From Desulfobulbaceae bacterium UBA5121 (GTDB lineage: Bacteria > Desulfobacterota > Desulfobulbia > Desulfobulbales > UBA5123), in the NCBI GenBank assembly GCA_002414225.1, contig DHYV01000040.1, positions 49,656 to 113,655 on the forward strand: DNA of 64,000 bases, written 5' to 3'. The translations under genes were made by a program, and so were the position numbers. This document shows positions 62,139 through 64,000 of the stretch, piece after piece. The notes beneath the pieces were generated by a model. It was not told the origin of the DNA. It did not search any database and worked only from the letters and a program-made list of their open reading frames with translations. Within the stretch, counting starts at the first letter, position 1, and the number at the start of each line of letters is the position of its first letter.

Positions 62139-63971
62139 ATGAACAAACCCGTCACCGCGCCTGTTTACGACGAAACAAAGATCAAGACCCTGAGTTCGCT
62201 GGAGCACATCCGCCTGCGGCCCGGCATGTACATCGGTCGACTGGGCAATGGCTCGCATCCTGACGATGGCGTCTACATCCTCCTCAAAGAGGTGATCGAC
62301 AACGCCGTTGACGAGTTCATCATGGGCTCCGGCAAGCGGGTGGATGTCTCGCTTGGCGAGGACGGCATTGTCCGGGTCCGCGACTTCGGCCGCGGCATCC
62401 CGCTCGGCAAGGTGGTGGAATGCGTGTCGGTGATCAACACCGGCGCGAAGTACAACACCGACGTCTTCCAGTTCTCGGTGGGGTTGAACGGCGTGGGCAC
62501 CAAGGCGGTAAACGCCCTCTCCGAGTACTTCCGGGTGGTTTCGCACCGTGACGGCGAGTTTGCCGCCGCAACCTTTTCCAAGGGCACCCTGGGGGAAACC
62601 GACCGGGGGACCACCACCGAGAAGAACGGCACCCTGATCGAATTCCGTCCCGATCCACTCCTCTTCGAAAACTACGTCTTCAACCGGGAGTTCATCGAGA
62701 AGCGCCTCTGGCGTTATGCCTATCTGAACGCCGGCCTCAAGCTCTATCTCGACAAGGAGTGTTTTTTTTCGGCCAACGGCCTCCTCGATCTCCTCGACAA
62801 CGAGATCGACGGCACCCAGCTCTACGATCCCATCCACTTCAAGGACTCCACCCTGGAGTTCGCCTTCTCTCACACCGAAGGCTACGGGGAGTCGTACTTC
62901 TCGTTTGTCAACGGTACCTTCACCAACGAGGGCGGCACTCATCTCTCCGCCTTCCGGGAGGGGATTTTGAAGGGGGTCAACGACTACTCGGGCAAGAAGT
63001 TCACCGGCGAGGACGTGCGCGAAGGCGTGGTGGGCACGGTGGCGGTGAAGATCAAGGATCCGATCTTCGAATCGCAGACCAAGAACAAGCTCGGCAATAC
63101 CGATATCCGCGCCTGGATCGTCAACGCGGTCAAGGATCAGGTCACCGACTACCTCTACAAGAACACCGAGGTGGCCGAGGTGATGCTCGACAAGATTCAG
63201 CAGAGCGCCCGGGTCCGCAAGGAACTCCAGCACGTCCGCAAGGAGGCCAAGGCCAAGGCCAAGAAGGTGGCGCTGAAGATCCCGCAGCTCAAGGACTGCA
63301 AGCACCATCCCCGGCCCGGCTCCCCGTCGCCCGAGGGTCGCGAGAACATGATCTTCCTCACCGAGGGGCAGTCGGCCTCGGGCTCCATCGTCAGTTCCCG
63401 CGATCCCATGACCCAGGCGGTATTTTCGCTGAAGGGCAAGCCGATGAACGTCTTCGGTCAGCAGCTCGCCCTCCTCTACAAGAACGAGGAGATGTACAAT
63501 ATCATGCGGGCCTTGAACATCGAGGAGTCGGTGGGGGGCCTACGGTACGATAAGATCATCCTCGCCACCGACGCCGACGTCGACGGCCTCCATATCCGGA
63601 ACCTTATCCTCACCTTCTTCCTCCACTACTTTGAGAGCGTGATCAAGCGCGGCCATATCTACATCCTCGAAACGCCGCTCTTTCGGGTGCGCACCAAGGG
63701 GGAGACGGTCTACTGCTACTCCGAAGCCGAGCGGAGCGCGGCGGAAAAAAGGCTCGCCGGCAAGGGCCAGAAGCGGCTGCAGGTGGAGGTGACCCGTTTC
63801 AAGGGGCTGGGCGAGATCTCGCCGCCCGAGTTCAAGCAGTTCATCGGCAGCGACATGCGACTTCAGCAAGTTTCCATCGACCGATTGAGCGAGGTGCCCA
63901 TGCTGCTTGAGTTCTACATGGGCAAGAATACCCCGGAGCGCAAGCAGTATATCATGGAACATTTAGCATAG
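62139..63971 (+). CDS. parE: type IIA topoisomerase subunit B (short ParE/GyrB-like form)
   Basis: Start at MNKPVTAPVYDE. LEHIRLRPGMYIG, GLNGVGTKAVNALS, Toprim LTEGQSASGS and ATDADVDGLHI. 610 aa. A probable partner-subunit ATG at 63987 runs off the window. Confidence 0.8.
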   Translation: MNKPVTAPVYDETKIKTLSSLEHIRLRPGMYIGRLGNGSHPDDGVYILLKEVIDNAVDEFIMGSGKRVDVSLGEDGIVRVRDFGRGIPLGKVVECVSVINTGAKYNTDVFQFSVGLNGVGTKAVNALSEYFRVVSHRDGEFAAATFSKGTLGETDRGTTTEKNGTLIEFRPDPLLFENYVFNREFIEKRLWRYAYLNAGLKLYLDKECFFSANGLLDLLDNEIDGTQLYDPIHFKDSTLEFAFSHTEGYGESYFSFVNGTFTNEGGTHLSAFREGILKGVNDYSGKKFTGEDVREGVVGTVAVKIKDPIFESQTKNKLGNTDIRAWIVNAVKDQVTDYLYKNTEVAEVMLDKIQQSARVRKELQHVRKEAKAKAKKVALKIPQLKDCKHHPRPGSPSPEGRENMIFLTEGQSASGSIVSSRDPMTQAVFSLKGKPMNVFGQQLALLYKNEEMYNIMRALNIEESVGGLRYDKIILATDADVDGLHIRNLILTFFLHYFESVIKRGHIYILETPLFRVRTKGETVYCYSEAERSAAEKRLAGKGQKRLQVEVTRFKGLGEISPPEFKQFIGSDMRLQQVSIDRLSEVPMLLEFYMGKNTPERKQYIMEHLA

Positions 63972-64000
63972 AGCCTGTAAGGACTTATGGAAACCTCTCA

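Noticed and set aside
59040-63308. 1422-aa ORF on the minus strand, the longest in the track
   Set aside because: Only its C-terminal 590 aa (from MSEELNAQ at 60812) look like a real protein, namely PepF with HELGH. The upstream 830 codons are Gly/Arg/Ala/Val-rich run-on lying antisense to the clearly genuine ferredoxin-nitroreductase and topoisomerase-B genes. This is a typical high-GC artefact.
63987-64000. Start of the topoisomerase A-type partner gene (ATGGAAACCTCTCA)
   Set aside because: Only 14 nt are inside the window, which is too little to call. It is mentioned only as context for the subunit-B gene.

Overview
High-GC chromosomal segment. By inference it comes from a Desulfobulbales/Desulfuromonadota-type deltaproteobacterium, based on futalosine menaquinone genes, an ilvBN-psd-pssA-leuA-asd arrangement, multihaem cytochromes and a haem-c MCP. 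All calls rest on reading the supplied translations and DNA by eye, with no database search run, so family names are motif-level recognitions and should be confirmed by HMM search. I support about 57 protein genes, one tRNA-His(GTG), several intrinsic terminators and one decayed IS21 element. Most long ORFs lying antisense to recognisable genes are GC-driven artefacts.

Layout:
- 0-14.5 kb: housekeeping genes (pcm fragment, LemA, orphan sensor kinase, mqnB/mqnD, ilvBN, psd, pssA, leuA, asd, rsmD, coaD).
- 14.5-15.9 kb: a minimal Rieske/cytochrome b pair.
- 16.0-24.2 kb: a seven-gene, translationally coupled envelope-modification operon (GT39, B12-radical SAM, Zn-ribbon methyltransferase, HAD, nucleotidyltransferase, CofD-like::GT2 fusion, GT2).
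- 24.2-33.6 kb: CusRS-like two-component pair, PAP2 phosphatase and mixed housekeeping genes.
- 33.65-35.3 kb: a visibly AT-rich islet with a SAM methyltransferase, next to a stand-alone two-CW cysteine-rich protein.
- 35.4-41.4 kb: PhoH2, then a three-gene operon (796-aa unassignable protein, extra phosphatidylserine-decarboxylase-fold protein, extra Lgt-fold protein).
- 41.6-42.1 kb: IS21 relic.
- 42.2-54.7 kb: haem-c MCP, coaBC, a lipoprotein, nitroreductase, tatD, yggS, an amphi-Trp/XXXCH protein, tRNA-His, prfC, an SDR and a split permease.
- 55.1-58.7 kb: two paralogous RnfB-type Fe-S-domain proteins (one fused to a LuxR HTH), divergent from an octahaem HAO-family cytochrome.
- 59-64 kb: pepF, a ferredoxin-nitroreductase fusion and a topoisomerase IV/gyrase B-type subunit.

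Best candidates for undescribed biology:
1. The 796-aa / PSD-like / Lgt-like operon.
2. The CofC/CofD-like phosphotransfer logic embedded in the glycosyltransferase operon.
3. The Fe-S-domain LuxR regulator beside the octahaem cytochrome.
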